IMG/VR virus record: IMGVR_UViG_3300007609_000005
Span: 1 to 64,000 of that record
DNA from: a virus
Length of the DNA: 64,000 nt
Reading direction: 5' to 3' (one strand)
Below are positions 28,926 through 39,288 of the stretch, one piece after another (the stretch's first letter is position 1; every line of letters starts with the position of its first letter). The position numbers were made by a program, and so were the translations under genes. The notes beneath the pieces are model-generated. The model saw only the letters and a program-made list of their open reading frames with translations. It did no database searches and was not told where the DNA came from.

Positions 28926-29840
28926 TCATTTGTTTAGAAGATGACCAATCTTTTTTACACGTTCTAATTTTGTTTCATCCATACAACACATATACTCAAC
29001 CAAGAAATCATAATCACTTATACTGGACCGAACATAATCCAACCATTTCTCAGATACATTCAAAACATCAATAGTATATGTATGTCTATTGAATATATAA
29101 TTATCAGACAGATATAAAGTATTGAAAAATGATTCCCTTCTAGGAGTTGAAAAAATAAAAACCTTTTCAGAAAAATTAGCAGGTACAAATGGTCCTCTTG
29201 GTATATGCATATCAAATAACCTTTTGAAATTATCATTGAATGCCACTTTGTCAAAAATAAGTACATCATGCCCACCTTTTCTACCAACATCAACACCGAA
29301 ACGAACACTGCACCCATTATCAAATATGATATGATCCTTCCCTAAATGTGAAACAACCGGTTGTAAAAAATATGGCAATGAACTTAACATATCCACTAAT
29401 ATTCTAAGTTGTTCTTCACAATCAGATTTATCCGGTAAAACAACCGTAACATTTCCACCTTTACTAATTGCCATCCACATACAAAACACACGTATCATCG
29501 TAGATATTCCAATCTGTCGAGAAACCCTGAAAATATCAAATCCTTTTGATTCATTCATCACAGTTAAAATGTTTTTCTGATAATCCCTAATACCTATCTG
29601 CATTTTATTAACAAAAATTCCTCTGTGTAAAAAATATTCAAAATCAGTCTTCATTCGAAGAGATTCATTTATCTCTCTTTCCGTATATTCAAAATCATTA
29701 ACTATCCTTAATTTGGTATCTTTATAATAAGGTCTTCCTTTTGGGTAACCATGATCACCCAGTATCTCGGAAATCATAATTGCACGTTTCTCCTTAATAT
29801 CACCATTCCATAGATCAATGAATTTAGATGTCCATTTCAT
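28926..29840 (-). CDS. degenerate terminase large subunit ATPase-domain paralog (C-tag)
   Basis: RDYQ, SRQIGIST (Walker A Lys lost), FDKVAF (Walker B Glu lost), FSTP, EYMC; no nuclease domain. Confidence 0.7.
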   Translation of the reverse strand: MKWTSKFIDLWNGDIKEKRAIMISEILGDHGYPKGRPYYKDTKLRIVNDFEYTEREINESLRMKTDFEYFLHRGIFVNKMQIGIRDYQKNILTVMNESKGFDIFRVSRQIGISTMIRVFCMWMAISKGGNVTVVLPDKSDCEEQLRILVDMLSSLPYFLQPVVSHLGKDHIIFDNGCSVRFGVDVGRKGGHDVLIFDKVAFNDNFKRLFDMHIPRGPFVPANFSEKVFIFSTPRRESFFNTLYLSDNYIFNRHTYTIDVLNVSEKWLDYVRSSISDYDFLVEYMCCMDETKLERVKKIGHLLNK

Positions 29841-30379
29841 GTCAATAATTGTGTTAATTTTATATCTCTTCTAAGAGAATTAAAAGCATCTCTTACCCTC
29901 TCTGGTGATTCATAATAAAATGATTTTGGTGTAACCCAATTATAACTTTTCTTATTAATTCTCACTAACAATTCTTCATACTCTTCATCAAATATCACCA
30001 TTGAATCCGTTTGGTTAATATATTTAACCAATAATTCAACAAAACTCAATTCATTACATTCGAAAAAATTAAAGAATGGCTCATAAATCCAATTATGTAA
30101 CATATTACGTATATTCTCTCGTATTATAATATCTTCACGATTACGTCTGTATTTTGGGTCAAAAAGTACAGGTGATATCAACATAATATCCAAATTCTGT
30201 TTGTTGAAATATTTTAATGTTCTCTTAATTTGGTTAACTGTTCTACGATCAAAAGATATATGTACCTGATCAGTGGAAAATTTAAACAAAGGCAATTCCA
30301 CCATACTTGTTTTAACATACACTATATCACCCTTTATAGTATATTGTTGTCCCCTTTCGTACCTCTCGATGCATATCAT
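29837..30379 (-). CDS. hypothetical protein (C-tag)
   Basis: Ends RRDIKLTQLLT. Confidence 0.6.
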   Translation of the reverse strand: MICIERYERGQQYTIKGDIVYVKTSMVELPLFKFSTDQVHISFDRRTVNQIKRTLKYFNKQNLDIMLISPVLFDPKYRRNREDIIIRENIRNMLHNWIYEPFFNFFECNELSFVELLVKYINQTDSMVIFDEEYEELLVRINKKSYNWVTPKSFYYESPERVRDAFNSLRRDIKLTQLLT

Positions 30380-30698
30380 ATATTTCGTCCTCTATAAATT
30401 TATCTACAAGCTTTTTATCACCTTCTCTTGTTTTAGTTGACAAACCATTCGAAGAAGGCTTCTTGGTTCTATATTTTCCAAATGAATTTGGACTGTATTT
30501 AGAAGCATAGATATTTCTATAACTCATAAATATATCCTTATCTCCTATCAAATATATCCATCTCGAAGTCCCAGCAGGAAATCCATTCACATCCAAGGTT
30601 GGCCAAAACCACCGAGACCTACTGATCCTCGCAATTTTATACTTACGTCTTTTATACTTTTCCTTTTGAAATCTACGCCATTCTCTCCCACGTTCCAT
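30327..30698 (-). CDS. basic hypothetical protein
   Basis: Arg/Lys-rich 123 aa ORF. Confidence 0.55.
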   Translation of the reverse strand: MERGREWRRFQKEKYKRRKYKIARISRSRWFWPTLDVNGFPAGTSRWIYLIGDKDIFMSYRNIYASKYSPNSFGKYRTKKPSSNGLSTKTREGDKKLVDKFIEDEIYDMHREVRKGTTIYYKG

Positions 30699-30708
30699 AA
30701 AAATCTAT

Positions 30709-31161
30709 TTAAATAATACTACTTAATTTGTGATCCCTTATTAATTTAAACCTATCCAATTCACAATCCTTATCAATTAATTCAGTACTTAATATTCGAA
30801 ATGAGGTGTTGAAATAAACCAAGTCTTTACCATCACCGTAAAAATCCATATCAAAAGAATTGAATTCAACACTCATCACTTCTTTATGCAATACTTCACC
30901 ATCCTCATTATATACAGTAAATACACCAATAACAACTTCCTTAAAAATATCCATAATTGAACATTTATCTAAATAACGATCGGTAACAGAATACCTTAAT
31001 GATATAAAATCACCATCTTTATTCGATGATAACCGAACCCGATCAGGAAACAATAACCGAATCATTTCATCATCTTTCAAACTAATGGCTGTGAAATCAT
31101 ACGCATTCTCCTTTATAGGATGCACTATATTAAAATGTTTACCAAAATGTGGCAATGGCAT
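30709..31161 (-). CDS. hypothetical protein (C-tag), possibly tail-tube-like fold
   Basis: MPLPHF start, beta-rich pattern; ends RDHKLSSII. Confidence 0.55.
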   Translation of the reverse strand: MPLPHFGKHFNIVHPIKENAYDFTAISLKDDEMIRLLFPDRVRLSSNKDGDFISLRYSVTDRYLDKCSIMDIFKEVVIGVFTVYNEDGEVLHKEVMSVEFNSFDMDFYGDGKDLVYFNTSFRILSTELIDKDCELDRFKLIRDHKLSSII

Positions 31162-31595
31162 TATTCAAGTATTTCTTTTAATTTTCTATCTCTCCTTAAT
31201 TTAAATCCAAATTGTTCAATTTCACTCTGACTGACCAATGATGTTCGAGATTCACATCCCAATATTCTTAACTTCAAATCTAATTTTGGAGGAGTTCCAA
31301 AATTATTAGCAGCCAACCACCTATCTATACTTAAAGAAATCAAATTTACCCTATATATATCTGCTGTTCCGGCAGTTTCACTGGTTGAATCAAGTGATAT
31401 ATTTTCGTTGTTAATAACAACGAACATTCCATCACGGTCATTTCCTCCTCGGAAATTATCTGATACACCATTTATACTCAGAATATCTTCATCTATAACA
31501 TAAGAGGCATATAAAATTTGATAAGTCACATCACAATTAACCACATGAATTTCTTGGGCGGAATACGAACTATTACCAAAATTCATTGAAATCAT
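31161..31595 (-). CDS. hypothetical protein (C-tag)
   Basis: Ends RDRKLKEILE. Confidence 0.6.
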   Translation of the reverse strand: MISMNFGNSSYSAQEIHVVNCDVTYQILYASYVIDEDILSINGVSDNFRGGNDRDGMFVVINNENISLDSTSETAGTADIYRVNLISLSIDRWLAANNFGTPPKLDLKLRILGCESRTSLVSQSEIEQFGFKLRRDRKLKEILE

Positions 31596-33442
31596 TTCAT
31601 CATCTCTTTTTTTCTATGTGATGAATCTTTACCGAACCATACATCCAATGACTTTTTAGAAGAATTAGTTGCTTCAATTTTAACCAATTTTGGATTATTT
31701 ATGATTTCATTATATTCATCATCCACCAATGCAGCCAAACCCTTTTTATACTTTATTTCCCAATTACCAGGTTTTACCTTTTTCAACCAAGACTGATATT
31801 GTTCCTGAGTATAAAACAAAGTCTTATCCTTTCTCCCCTTTCGTTTTGCAACGACAATAGGTGTTTCTACTTTGTATACCATATTCATCTCAAATAGTTT
31901 AGGCCAATATCGATAGAAGAAATTTATCAGTTGGGCGGCAATGGAGTTACCATCCACATCTGCATCGACATATAATAATATCCTTCCATATCTAAGATCT
32001 TTTAAATTAGGTTCGTGACCCAATTTAAGACCAATAGCAGCCATAAGATTGACCACCTCCTTATTTGATACAAACTTATCATTTGATATATCAGTAACAT
32101 TCATAAATTTACCCTTCAATGGAAATGCACCCATTAATTCAGGTGTTCTGTATTTTCGGAAAGCACTAGTGGCTGAATCACCCTCAAATATTCCCAATTG
32201 ACACTTCCACCGGGTCTTTCCTTTGGCATCGATCAACTTATCAACTTTTTTACTCGATAAAGACTTATTCAATTTTCTTTTTTTCCTCATCTCATCGGCA
32301 AGTTCTTTCTGTTTTACCCAATCAAGTATAGAACTTACAATCTCAGACTTAAGTACTTGTTGAATGAATTTTTTAGATACTGTGTGAGTTGTTTTAAACT
32401 CCTTCTGTTCAGTTATCAATTTATCCTTTGTCTGTGATTGGAAAAATGGATTAATGACCGTACAGTTAAGGTAAAGTGCCATATGATTCTTTATATTGGA
32501 AGGTTTCACATCAACCTTGTGTTTTTTCTGAAAATATTCCCTCAATTCCTTCACAACTTGGTCTATTATGAAATCAACATGTGTTCCACCATCACTTGTT
32601 TCAGTAGTATTCACAAAACTTATATGTTCAAACCCATTTTCGGATGGTGATAATGCAATTGTCCAATCTTTTGATGACTCACTTATATAATCTGTTGTAA
32701 ACATCTCTATATAATCTTCAAATTTCTTGAAATCTATTTTCTTGCCATTGAAAGTAACATTCAATTTAGGATTACATGCTGCCACCTCATAACATCTCTT
32801 CTCAATCATTGCAAAATGGTTGAGATCTATTTTTCTCATACCAAATTGTTTAAAATCCGGTACGTATGATATCTCAGTATGCTTCCTTGTGAATTTTGTT
32901 ATTTTCGCCTTTGTTCTTTTCTTCATATTACTATTGAAAGTTTGAACAAATTTCTTTTTACCATCACTACTCGATACTTTGAATTCTGTTGAAAATATGT
33001 TAGTTAATTTTGCACCTAACCCATTCAATCCAGCAACATCCCTATCCTCTGCATCATCATAATTTGAACCAGAACGTAGAGAGCCGAATATCATCTCAGG
33101 TACATACTTCTTCTCAACCTTATGCATCACAATAGGTATCCCACCATTATCTTTAATGGTTATACGCCCAGTATCTCTATCTACCTTCACATCCAACTTA
33201 TTCAACCTCCCATTCCTCTTATGTTCATCTACCGAATTGGTTATTACCTCATCAAATATCTTTAAGAAAGATGGTATATAAGTAATATCCCTTTTGGACA
33301 TTTTATTGCCATTTTTAACCAACCATTTGGTTTCTGTATGTTTCTTGTTTGAACCCACATATGTCTGTGGCCTTTTCAATACGTGGTCGATCTCATCCAG
33401 TGATTGAAATTCTTCTTCGATTGTCTTCTTTCTCCTTGCCAT
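31592..33442 (-). CDS. type IIA DNA topoisomerase, ATPase/TOPRIM subunit (T4 gp39+60-like)
   Basis: HVLKRP..YVGS, EVITNSVDE, DNGGIP, GLNGLGAKL, EGDSA, PLKGK, DADVDG, KGL; likely start MARRKK. Confidence 0.94.
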   Translation of the reverse strand: MARRKKTIEEEFQSLDEIDHVLKRPQTYVGSNKKHTETKWLVKNGNKMSKRDITYIPSFLKIFDEVITNSVDEHKRNGRLNKLDVKVDRDTGRITIKDNGGIPIVMHKVEKKYVPEMIFGSLRSGSNYDDAEDRDVAGLNGLGAKLTNIFSTEFKVSSSDGKKKFVQTFNSNMKKRTKAKITKFTRKHTEISYVPDFKQFGMRKIDLNHFAMIEKRCYEVAACNPKLNVTFNGKKIDFKKFEDYIEMFTTDYISESSKDWTIALSPSENGFEHISFVNTTETSDGGTHVDFIIDQVVKELREYFQKKHKVDVKPSNIKNHMALYLNCTVINPFFQSQTKDKLITEQKEFKTTHTVSKKFIQQVLKSEIVSSILDWVKQKELADEMRKKRKLNKSLSSKKVDKLIDAKGKTRWKCQLGIFEGDSATSAFRKYRTPELMGAFPLKGKFMNVTDISNDKFVSNKEVVNLMAAIGLKLGHEPNLKDLRYGRILLYVDADVDGNSIAAQLINFFYRYWPKLFEMNMVYKVETPIVVAKRKGRKDKTLFYTQEQYQSWLKKVKPGNWEIKYKKGLAALVDDEYNEIINNPKLVKIEATNSSKKSLDVWFGKDSSHRKKEMMK

Positions 33443-33521
33443 CCATATTAACTTGATTTGATTTATATATACAATCAATGAGTCTTTCACGAATTATTAG
33501 GAATTCAAAATCAATATAATA

Positions 33522-33889
33522 TCAATTGTACTTTTCTTTATACATTGATTTCAGTTTATCTAAACGGGCTTCAAGTCTTTTAAATTTCGGTTCTTCTGCA
33601 GCCTGCTCCATTTCATCATCAGAATCATCATATTTATATAACAGGTCTTCTAATTTTTTTCCAATCGTTCAATTTCACCCTTATCTTTGATCTGTTGTTC
33701 AGTCATCTTATTTGATGATGATATATTCTTTAGACTACTTTCTAATTTAGATATGTCAGTATATGTTCCAGTTTTTGTACTTGGTTTCATTTTATCCAAT
33801 AATGATTCAAGTAATGATTTCATCATATTATATGCCTCATTACCATCATACTTATTGTTCTCGTTAAATTCTATCCAATTATCAATAAT
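33522..33889 (-). pseudogene. split N-tag gene (non-ATG start; -1 frameshift at A7 run)
   Basis: IIDNWIEFNEN...IERLEKN-TAG; the -1 frame continues KLEDLLYKYDDSDDEMEQAAEEPK...YKEKYN; TAATATATA upstream. Confidence 0.55.
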
Positions 33890-33975
33890 ATACTATATAT
33901 TAATATAAATAAGATGCAAAGTACTATGTTATATATAACAAAAAACATAGATAATGTTTCACAATAGATAATATA

Positions 33976-35322
33976 ATGCATATGGAAAAGAAAAATATCG
34001 AAAACTTCCTCAATGAAGAATATAAAGAATTTGCAATGTATTCCCTGGAATCAAGGGCAATTGCATCAATGATCGATGGATTTAAACCGGTTCAAAGAAA
34101 AATCATCCACATATCATCCAATATATGGAAAACTGGAAATGAAAAAACACTTAGAGTGTTTCAATTGTCCGGTAAAGTTGCAAGTGATTCATTCTACCAC
34201 CATGGAGATAAATCACTGAATGATGCCATTATCAATATGGCACAAAGTTTTAAGAACAATGCACCATTATTGGACGAAGATGGACAATTTGGATCACTTA
34301 GATCCCCCGAATCAGGTGCACCACGATATATAGGGACTCGTTTAAATTCGAGTTTTAGAAAAATATACAAAGATTTCAACTTACTTGAAAATCAAATAGA
34401 AGAAGGAGAAATGATAGAACCTAAATTCCTTCTACCTATAATCCCAATGCTACTTATAAATGGTGGCGGTGGTATTGCAGTAGGATTCCGATCCGAAATA
34501 CTCAATAGAGATGTTAAAACAGTAGCAAGGGAATGTCTCAGATTCTTAAAATCCAATAGGGTCAATAAAATACCACCCCACTTAAATGGATTCAAAGGAA
34601 CTTATAGACAAGATGATGACAATCCCAATAAGTGGTGGGTAAAGGGTGTTTTCGAACGTGTTAATACGACAACAGTTAAAATAACAGAACTCCCACCATC
34701 TATAACATATCAGAATTATGAAGACCACCTCGAAAAATTGATTGAAAACGATGCAATAAAATCATATGAAGATAATTGCCGAGATGATGTTAATTATGTT
34801 ATCAAAATGAGTAGAAAAGACCTGAAAGAAATAACTGATGATAAATTGGTAAAGTTACTGAAGTTGGAAGAAACTCAATATGAATATCTAAATGTTTTGG
34901 ATGAAAATGGGAAACTGAAAACATTCACAGATGTTAAAGATATACTCAAATATTTTGTGAAATTCAGATTGAAATGGTATGATATCCGTAAGAAAACAAT
35001 CCTTGAAAATATGGAGAAAGACCTTAAGGTAATGACCAATAAGGCCAAATTCATATCCCTCATAATAAAAGGCGATATACTTATAAATAACATCAAAAAG
35101 ACAGACATTGAAAAATCAATTGCCAAATATAAATTAGATAAGGTATTGGGTTCTTACAATTACCTTTTTAAGATACCAATCCATAACCTCACCAAAGAAA
35201 ACTATGAAAAGATACAGAATGATATGAAAGCATCCAAGAAAGACATATCATATCTCAAAAAGGTGAAACCCAAGGATATGTATATCGATGAATTGGAAGA
35301 TTTTATAAAGAAATGGAAATAA
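33976..35322 (+). CDS. type IIA DNA topoisomerase, breakage-reunion subunit (T4 gp52-like)
   Basis: RAI...IDGFKPVQRK, YHHGD.SL, GQFGS, APRYI (catalytic Tyr), LLINGGGGIAVGF. Confidence 0.94.
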   Translation: MHMEKKNIENFLNEEYKEFAMYSLESRAIASMIDGFKPVQRKIIHISSNIWKTGNEKTLRVFQLSGKVASDSFYHHGDKSLNDAIINMAQSFKNNAPLLDEDGQFGSLRSPESGAPRYIGTRLNSSFRKIYKDFNLLENQIEEGEMIEPKFLLPIIPMLLINGGGGIAVGFRSEILNRDVKTVARECLRFLKSNRVNKIPPHLNGFKGTYRQDDDNPNKWWVKGVFERVNTTTVKITELPPSITYQNYEDHLEKLIENDAIKSYEDNCRDDVNYVIKMSRKDLKEITDDKLVKLLKLEETQYEYLNVLDENGKLKTFTDVKDILKYFVKFRLKWYDIRKKTILENMEKDLKVMTNKAKFISLIIKGDILINNIKKTDIEKSIAKYKLDKVLGSYNYLFKIPIHNLTKENYEKIQNDMKASKKDISYLKKVKPKDMYIDELEDFIKKWK

Positions 35323-35362
35323 TACGAAAATAATTATTACCTTTGTTCAAAATACTATAAAT

Positions 35363-35938
35363 ATGTTCATAGGTACTTATTTTGTAAAACGACTATTCTA
35401 TTTTAATATATTCATATCACTCTTAACATTCTTCACACCACTTGGTGAATATTTGTTAATGGGGTTTGGATTAATTGACTTTTGGAACCCGATTCAATTG
35501 ATAGGATACCTATTTCTTCATGGAAATTTTAATCATCTATTTGGAAATATGATTGGATTAATTGTTTTTGGACCTATTGTAGAACAATATACAGGTGCTA
35601 AAAAATTCATTTTATATTACTTAATAATGGGAATAGTTGCCGGTATATCTCAATTGTTATTAGGTTCATCCAATGCTATGTTAATTGGTGCATCCGGTTC
35701 AATATTCGGATTGATAACATTTGCATTCTTATTGAACCCAAATATGAAATTCTTGTTTGGAATACCATTTAAATTGGTATTCTATGCAATTATTGGATTT
35801 GAAATATTTGCACTGTTCGGTCCACTCGATAATATCGGACACATCGCCCATTTATTCGGTGCATTGACCGGACTTCTTCTATTCATTTACGAATGTGGTT
35901 TCAATCCACAGAAATGGAAAAAATTATACTTGTTTTGA
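35363..35938 (+). CDS. rhomboid intramembrane serine protease
   Basis: FLHG.FNHLFGNM, GASG, HIAHLFGALTG. Confidence 0.9.
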   Translation: MFIGTYFVKRLFYFNIFISLLTFFTPLGEYLLMGFGLIDFWNPIQLIGYLFLHGNFNHLFGNMIGLIVFGPIVEQYTGAKKFILYYLIMGIVAGISQLLLGSSNAMLIGASGSIFGLITFAFLLNPNMKFLFGIPFKLVFYAIIGFEIFALFGPLDNIGHIAHLFGALTGLLLFIYECGFNPQKWKKLYLF

Positions 35939-36387
35939 TAAAAGAAAAAATTTCAAATACATATAGGTACTTACTAATATGTTCCCCCTCTATGGGTGAA
36001 TATCATACGGTAGATTACATGGAAGAAAAATATAATTCCCTAATAGGAATCCATAATAAAGATCTATCAGAAAAGTATAAGCCTTTACTTCGCCTATCCG
36101 AAGAATTCTATAATTGGATGGATGTATTCCAAGTATCCGATGAAGAAGTTGAACGTATGGGGTATAATGTCTTATATTGGACATTGAAATTAAAACATTT
36201 TCCACCATTTAATGAACATATGAAAATTTTCAGAGAGATAATAGGTGACCCAAATGACATCAACCTAGATAATAATTGTTCAATACACCCACTCATTAAT
36301 GAAAGAATAGAAACTATAATACTCTCGCAGCCACAAATTAAAAGAAATATTAAAATATATGAGATATTAAATTATATTATATCATGA
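35893..36387 (+). CDS. hypothetical protein (C-tag)
   Basis: Ends RNIKIYEIL. Confidence 0.6.
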   Translation: MWFQSTEMEKIILVLIKEKISNTYRYLLICSPSMGEYHTVDYMEEKYNSLIGIHNKDLSEKYKPLLRLSEEFYNWMDVFQVSDEEVERMGYNVLYWTLKLKHFPPFNEHMKIFREIIGDPNDINLDNNCSIHPLINERIETIILSQPQIKRNIKIYEILNYIIS

Positions 36388-36752
36388 TGTTGCACAATTT
36401 TCACGAAAAAATAGATAACTTACTAGAAAACCATATTGAATATTACCGTAATTGGTGTATTGATGTCATACAAGACCTAGATGAAAAAATGACCCAGAGT
36501 GAATTAGCATTCTTTCTTTGTGTCTGTATATCTAAATATGGAACATATGATAAAATAAATGAAGTTACTCGCCTAAATTTCAAACACTATGCTGAACATT
36601 TGTCAAACATATTACACGATGATGAAGATTTAAAAAAACAATTTAATACATTTTTAACAGACCCAGACTTACATAAAAAAATCCCGGATACATATACGAA
36701 TCAAGAAATCCGTGAAATAAAATTAAAAAGATTATTGTCGGAAGAGAAATAA
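36384..36752 (+). CDS. hypothetical protein (C-tag)
   Basis: Ends REIKLKRLLSEEK. Confidence 0.65.
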   Translation: MMLHNFHEKIDNLLENHIEYYRNWCIDVIQDLDEKMTQSELAFFLCVCISKYGTYDKINEVTRLNFKHYAEHLSNILHDDEDLKKQFNTFLTDPDLHKKIPDTYTNQEIREIKLKRLLSEEK

Positions 36753-36802
36753 TTTGTACATTTGTAATTCCAAATACGAAACATTAATAAAAACAAAAAG
36801 AA

Positions 36803-38602
36803 ATGCCAGAGAAAATTCAACTAAACCAATCAGAAGAAAACGAGATGAAAGAACCTAAAATTGGTAAATTTCGTCCAAAGAAATTGATGAAAACATTCCT
36901 TATGGTAAAAGGTAGAGGAAGAGTTCATACAGAAACTGCATTCCTTTCAGGAAAGGCACTAAGTGGCATGTTAGAACACGTTACTTTTAAATTGACAATT
37001 TGTGACGAAGGCACGGTCGATTTCGAAGAAGTTGATACCAACGAATGTGATGAAAATATGATGAAACGCCTTCTTGATGATATTACAGAACGTAATGTTG
37101 TATTGTATGCCGAAAAAACGGTTATCCCATCATTGAAGTTCAGTGCCGGTGAAGAATTCCAAAACCAATTGGTCTATTTGGAAATCGAAGAAGAAGCCAA
37201 ACCATTCAACAAACTACAAGGAATTTTCAACGAAAAACCAGAAGTTTCGAATAAAGCCAATGATTTCCTTGGAGATTTACTTGGGATTGACCCATCTGAA
37301 TCAAATTCCGAATCAAATGAAGAAGAAACTGAGGAAGAACAGGAAGAAGAAGTAACAGACACCACAGAAAAGCCCGAAGTGGTCGAAGAAGAAACTTCTG
37401 AAGGCTCTATGTATAAAGAGATGATGAAAGAAGCACTGGCAGAAGCAAATGCTAAGAAGAAAGCAGAACTTCAAAAAAGAATTGACCAATGTTTGGATGA
37501 TAAAAAGAAGCAAACATTTGCTCTCCAAACTGCTGAACAGCAACTTGATAAAATTGAAGAAGATCTAAAGATCTTGAATACTCGAAAAGAGTCAATGCAA
37601 CCACAACTCGACCCCAATGGATATGTTTTCTATGTAGCACCCGGTGAGAATTCCGGTGTTGATCCAACTGATACAACAACCATCGAAGTAATTGAGAAAT
37701 TAGCACCGTTGATGAAGTTGAATGTTCCGGCAGTACTCGATGTACTCGGACAAACAACATATGAGATCAGAATTGATCGTAAAGGGGTGTATGAAGACAC
37801 TGAAATTGCAGAAGATGAAATTAATGAACTTGTTATGAACTTTGACATTTTGGGACAAACAACAATGACAAATAAAAATGTTTTCTCATACCAAGGTGAA
37901 TTGACATGGCACCAGATTGTTGATAAACTTTTGAAACTTGGTTTTGAACAAGATTCAGAGTATGACAAACTGTGTGGATCTCCTTCTTACCAAAGTACTA
38001 CTGATAATTATGACACATCAAGTGTTGATGCGGAATCAGATGAAAATCCTACACCGGAAACTCCTGTGGGCGAAAAAAGTGAAAACTTCAAATCAAGAAA
38101 ACTTCGTTCATTCAAAGAACAGACAATCGTTATTCTTGATGCAAACGGTAGTGATGTAGCACCTTCGGTAGATGTTGAAATTAATGATGACGAAGAATAC
38201 CTTGACCTATATGTTGATGGTGCGAAACTTGATGTGAATGTAAGAACACAAGGATTCGCCAACATTATGACCAAAGAACAATTTGATAGAGTAATGGAGG
38301 AAGACGGTGAATTATTAAGTAGTTGCGATGGGTGGTTCAATGGTGTAGTTATTCCTAACTTCACAGGTGATATTGAAATCACAGGACATGATTACTCAAC
38401 CGGTGAATTCAAAACTGATTTTGATGAATCAAGTTTCATTAACCACCAAGAAGGTTTTGAAACTATTAATGTTGGTCTTAACTTCCCAGTAGGAACAGAA
38501 GTATATGAATTAAACAAAGATTTTTCATATCCAATGAATGTTTTGAGAGATGCAATGAACACAGGCGTTCTTGATGAAGACTCTGACAATTCAGAGGATT
38601 AA
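36803..38602 (+). CDS. large acidic coiled-coil hypothetical protein
   Basis: 599 aa; own TAnnTTTG box and terminator. Confidence 0.75.
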   Translation: MPEKIQLNQSEENEMKEPKIGKFRPKKLMKTFLMVKGRGRVHTETAFLSGKALSGMLEHVTFKLTICDEGTVDFEEVDTNECDENMMKRLLDDITERNVVLYAEKTVIPSLKFSAGEEFQNQLVYLEIEEEAKPFNKLQGIFNEKPEVSNKANDFLGDLLGIDPSESNSESNEEETEEEQEEEVTDTTEKPEVVEEETSEGSMYKEMMKEALAEANAKKKAELQKRIDQCLDDKKKQTFALQTAEQQLDKIEEDLKILNTRKESMQPQLDPNGYVFYVAPGENSGVDPTDTTTIEVIEKLAPLMKLNVPAVLDVLGQTTYEIRIDRKGVYEDTEIAEDEINELVMNFDILGQTTMTNKNVFSYQGELTWHQIVDKLLKLGFEQDSEYDKLCGSPSYQSTTDNYDTSSVDAESDENPTPETPVGEKSENFKSRKLRSFKEQTIVILDANGSDVAPSVDVEINDDEEYLDLYVDGAKLDVNVRTQGFANIMTKEQFDRVMEEDGELLSSCDGWFNGVVIPNFTGDIEITGHDYSTGEFKTDFDESSFINHQEGFETINVGLNFPVGTEVYELNKDFSYPMNVLRDAMNTGVLDEDSDNSED

Positions 38603-38620
38603 GAATGAAATCATATAAAC

Positions 38621-38653
38621 AAAAAAGGGATTCTATTCGAATCCCTTTTTTTT
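38621..38653. terminator. bidirectional intrinsic terminator
   Basis: AAAAAAGGGATTC-tattc-GAATCCCTTTTTTTT between convergent genes. Confidence 0.85.
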
Positions 38654-38665
38654 ATTCAATACATA

Positions 38666-39187
38666 TTATACTTTTGGTTCTTCACCATCAATATCACTCT
38701 TAGGTTCTTCAATAACCTCTTCTTCACCACTTGTAAGTTCAACCGGTTCATTATATACTTCATCAATATCTGAACGAGAATTATTTACCGTACTATCTTC
38801 TTTCATAGTTACTTCCATATCATCACCATATATCATTTCTTGGTCTGAATATTCCTTTTCTTGATAAGCACCATCATTGATAATCTCCTCTTTATATTCC
38901 ATATATGAACTATCATCCATATATTCTCCAGATGAGTATGTGCCATCTTCATAATCTTCTTCGTGTGTATCAGAAAGTGAATCACTTTCTTGACCATTAC
39001 AACAACCAGATGTACAACCACATGATACATTAGCACAGATTTCCTTTGCCCTTTTTGTTACCATCATATCAATTGCCTCACCAAATAAGTTTTTTTCCTC
39101 TTCGGTCATTGTACTGAAAAATGCACCTTCAGCAAATAACACAGATGTAATTTCATTAAGCCTTTGTTCGAAATAATTATCTTCCAT
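38666..39187 (-). CDS. acidic hypothetical protein
   Basis: 173 aa with a Cys cluster (CANVSCGCTSGCC). Confidence 0.6.
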   Translation of the reverse strand: MEDNYFEQRLNEITSVLFAEGAFFSTMTEEEKNLFGEAIDMMVTKRAKEICANVSCGCTSGCCNGQESDSLSDTHEEDYEDGTYSSGEYMDDSSYMEYKEEIINDGAYQEKEYSDQEMIYGDDMEVTMKEDSTVNNSRSDIDEVYNEPVELTSGEEEVIEEPKSDIDGEEPKV

Positions 39188-39288
39188 AATTTTGTTTGTT
39201 TTTAATATATATCAAGAACAAATACAATGATATTTCACAGAGGATTCTCTTTATTTTTATCCATTATGAATGAATCGAATAAATAAAT

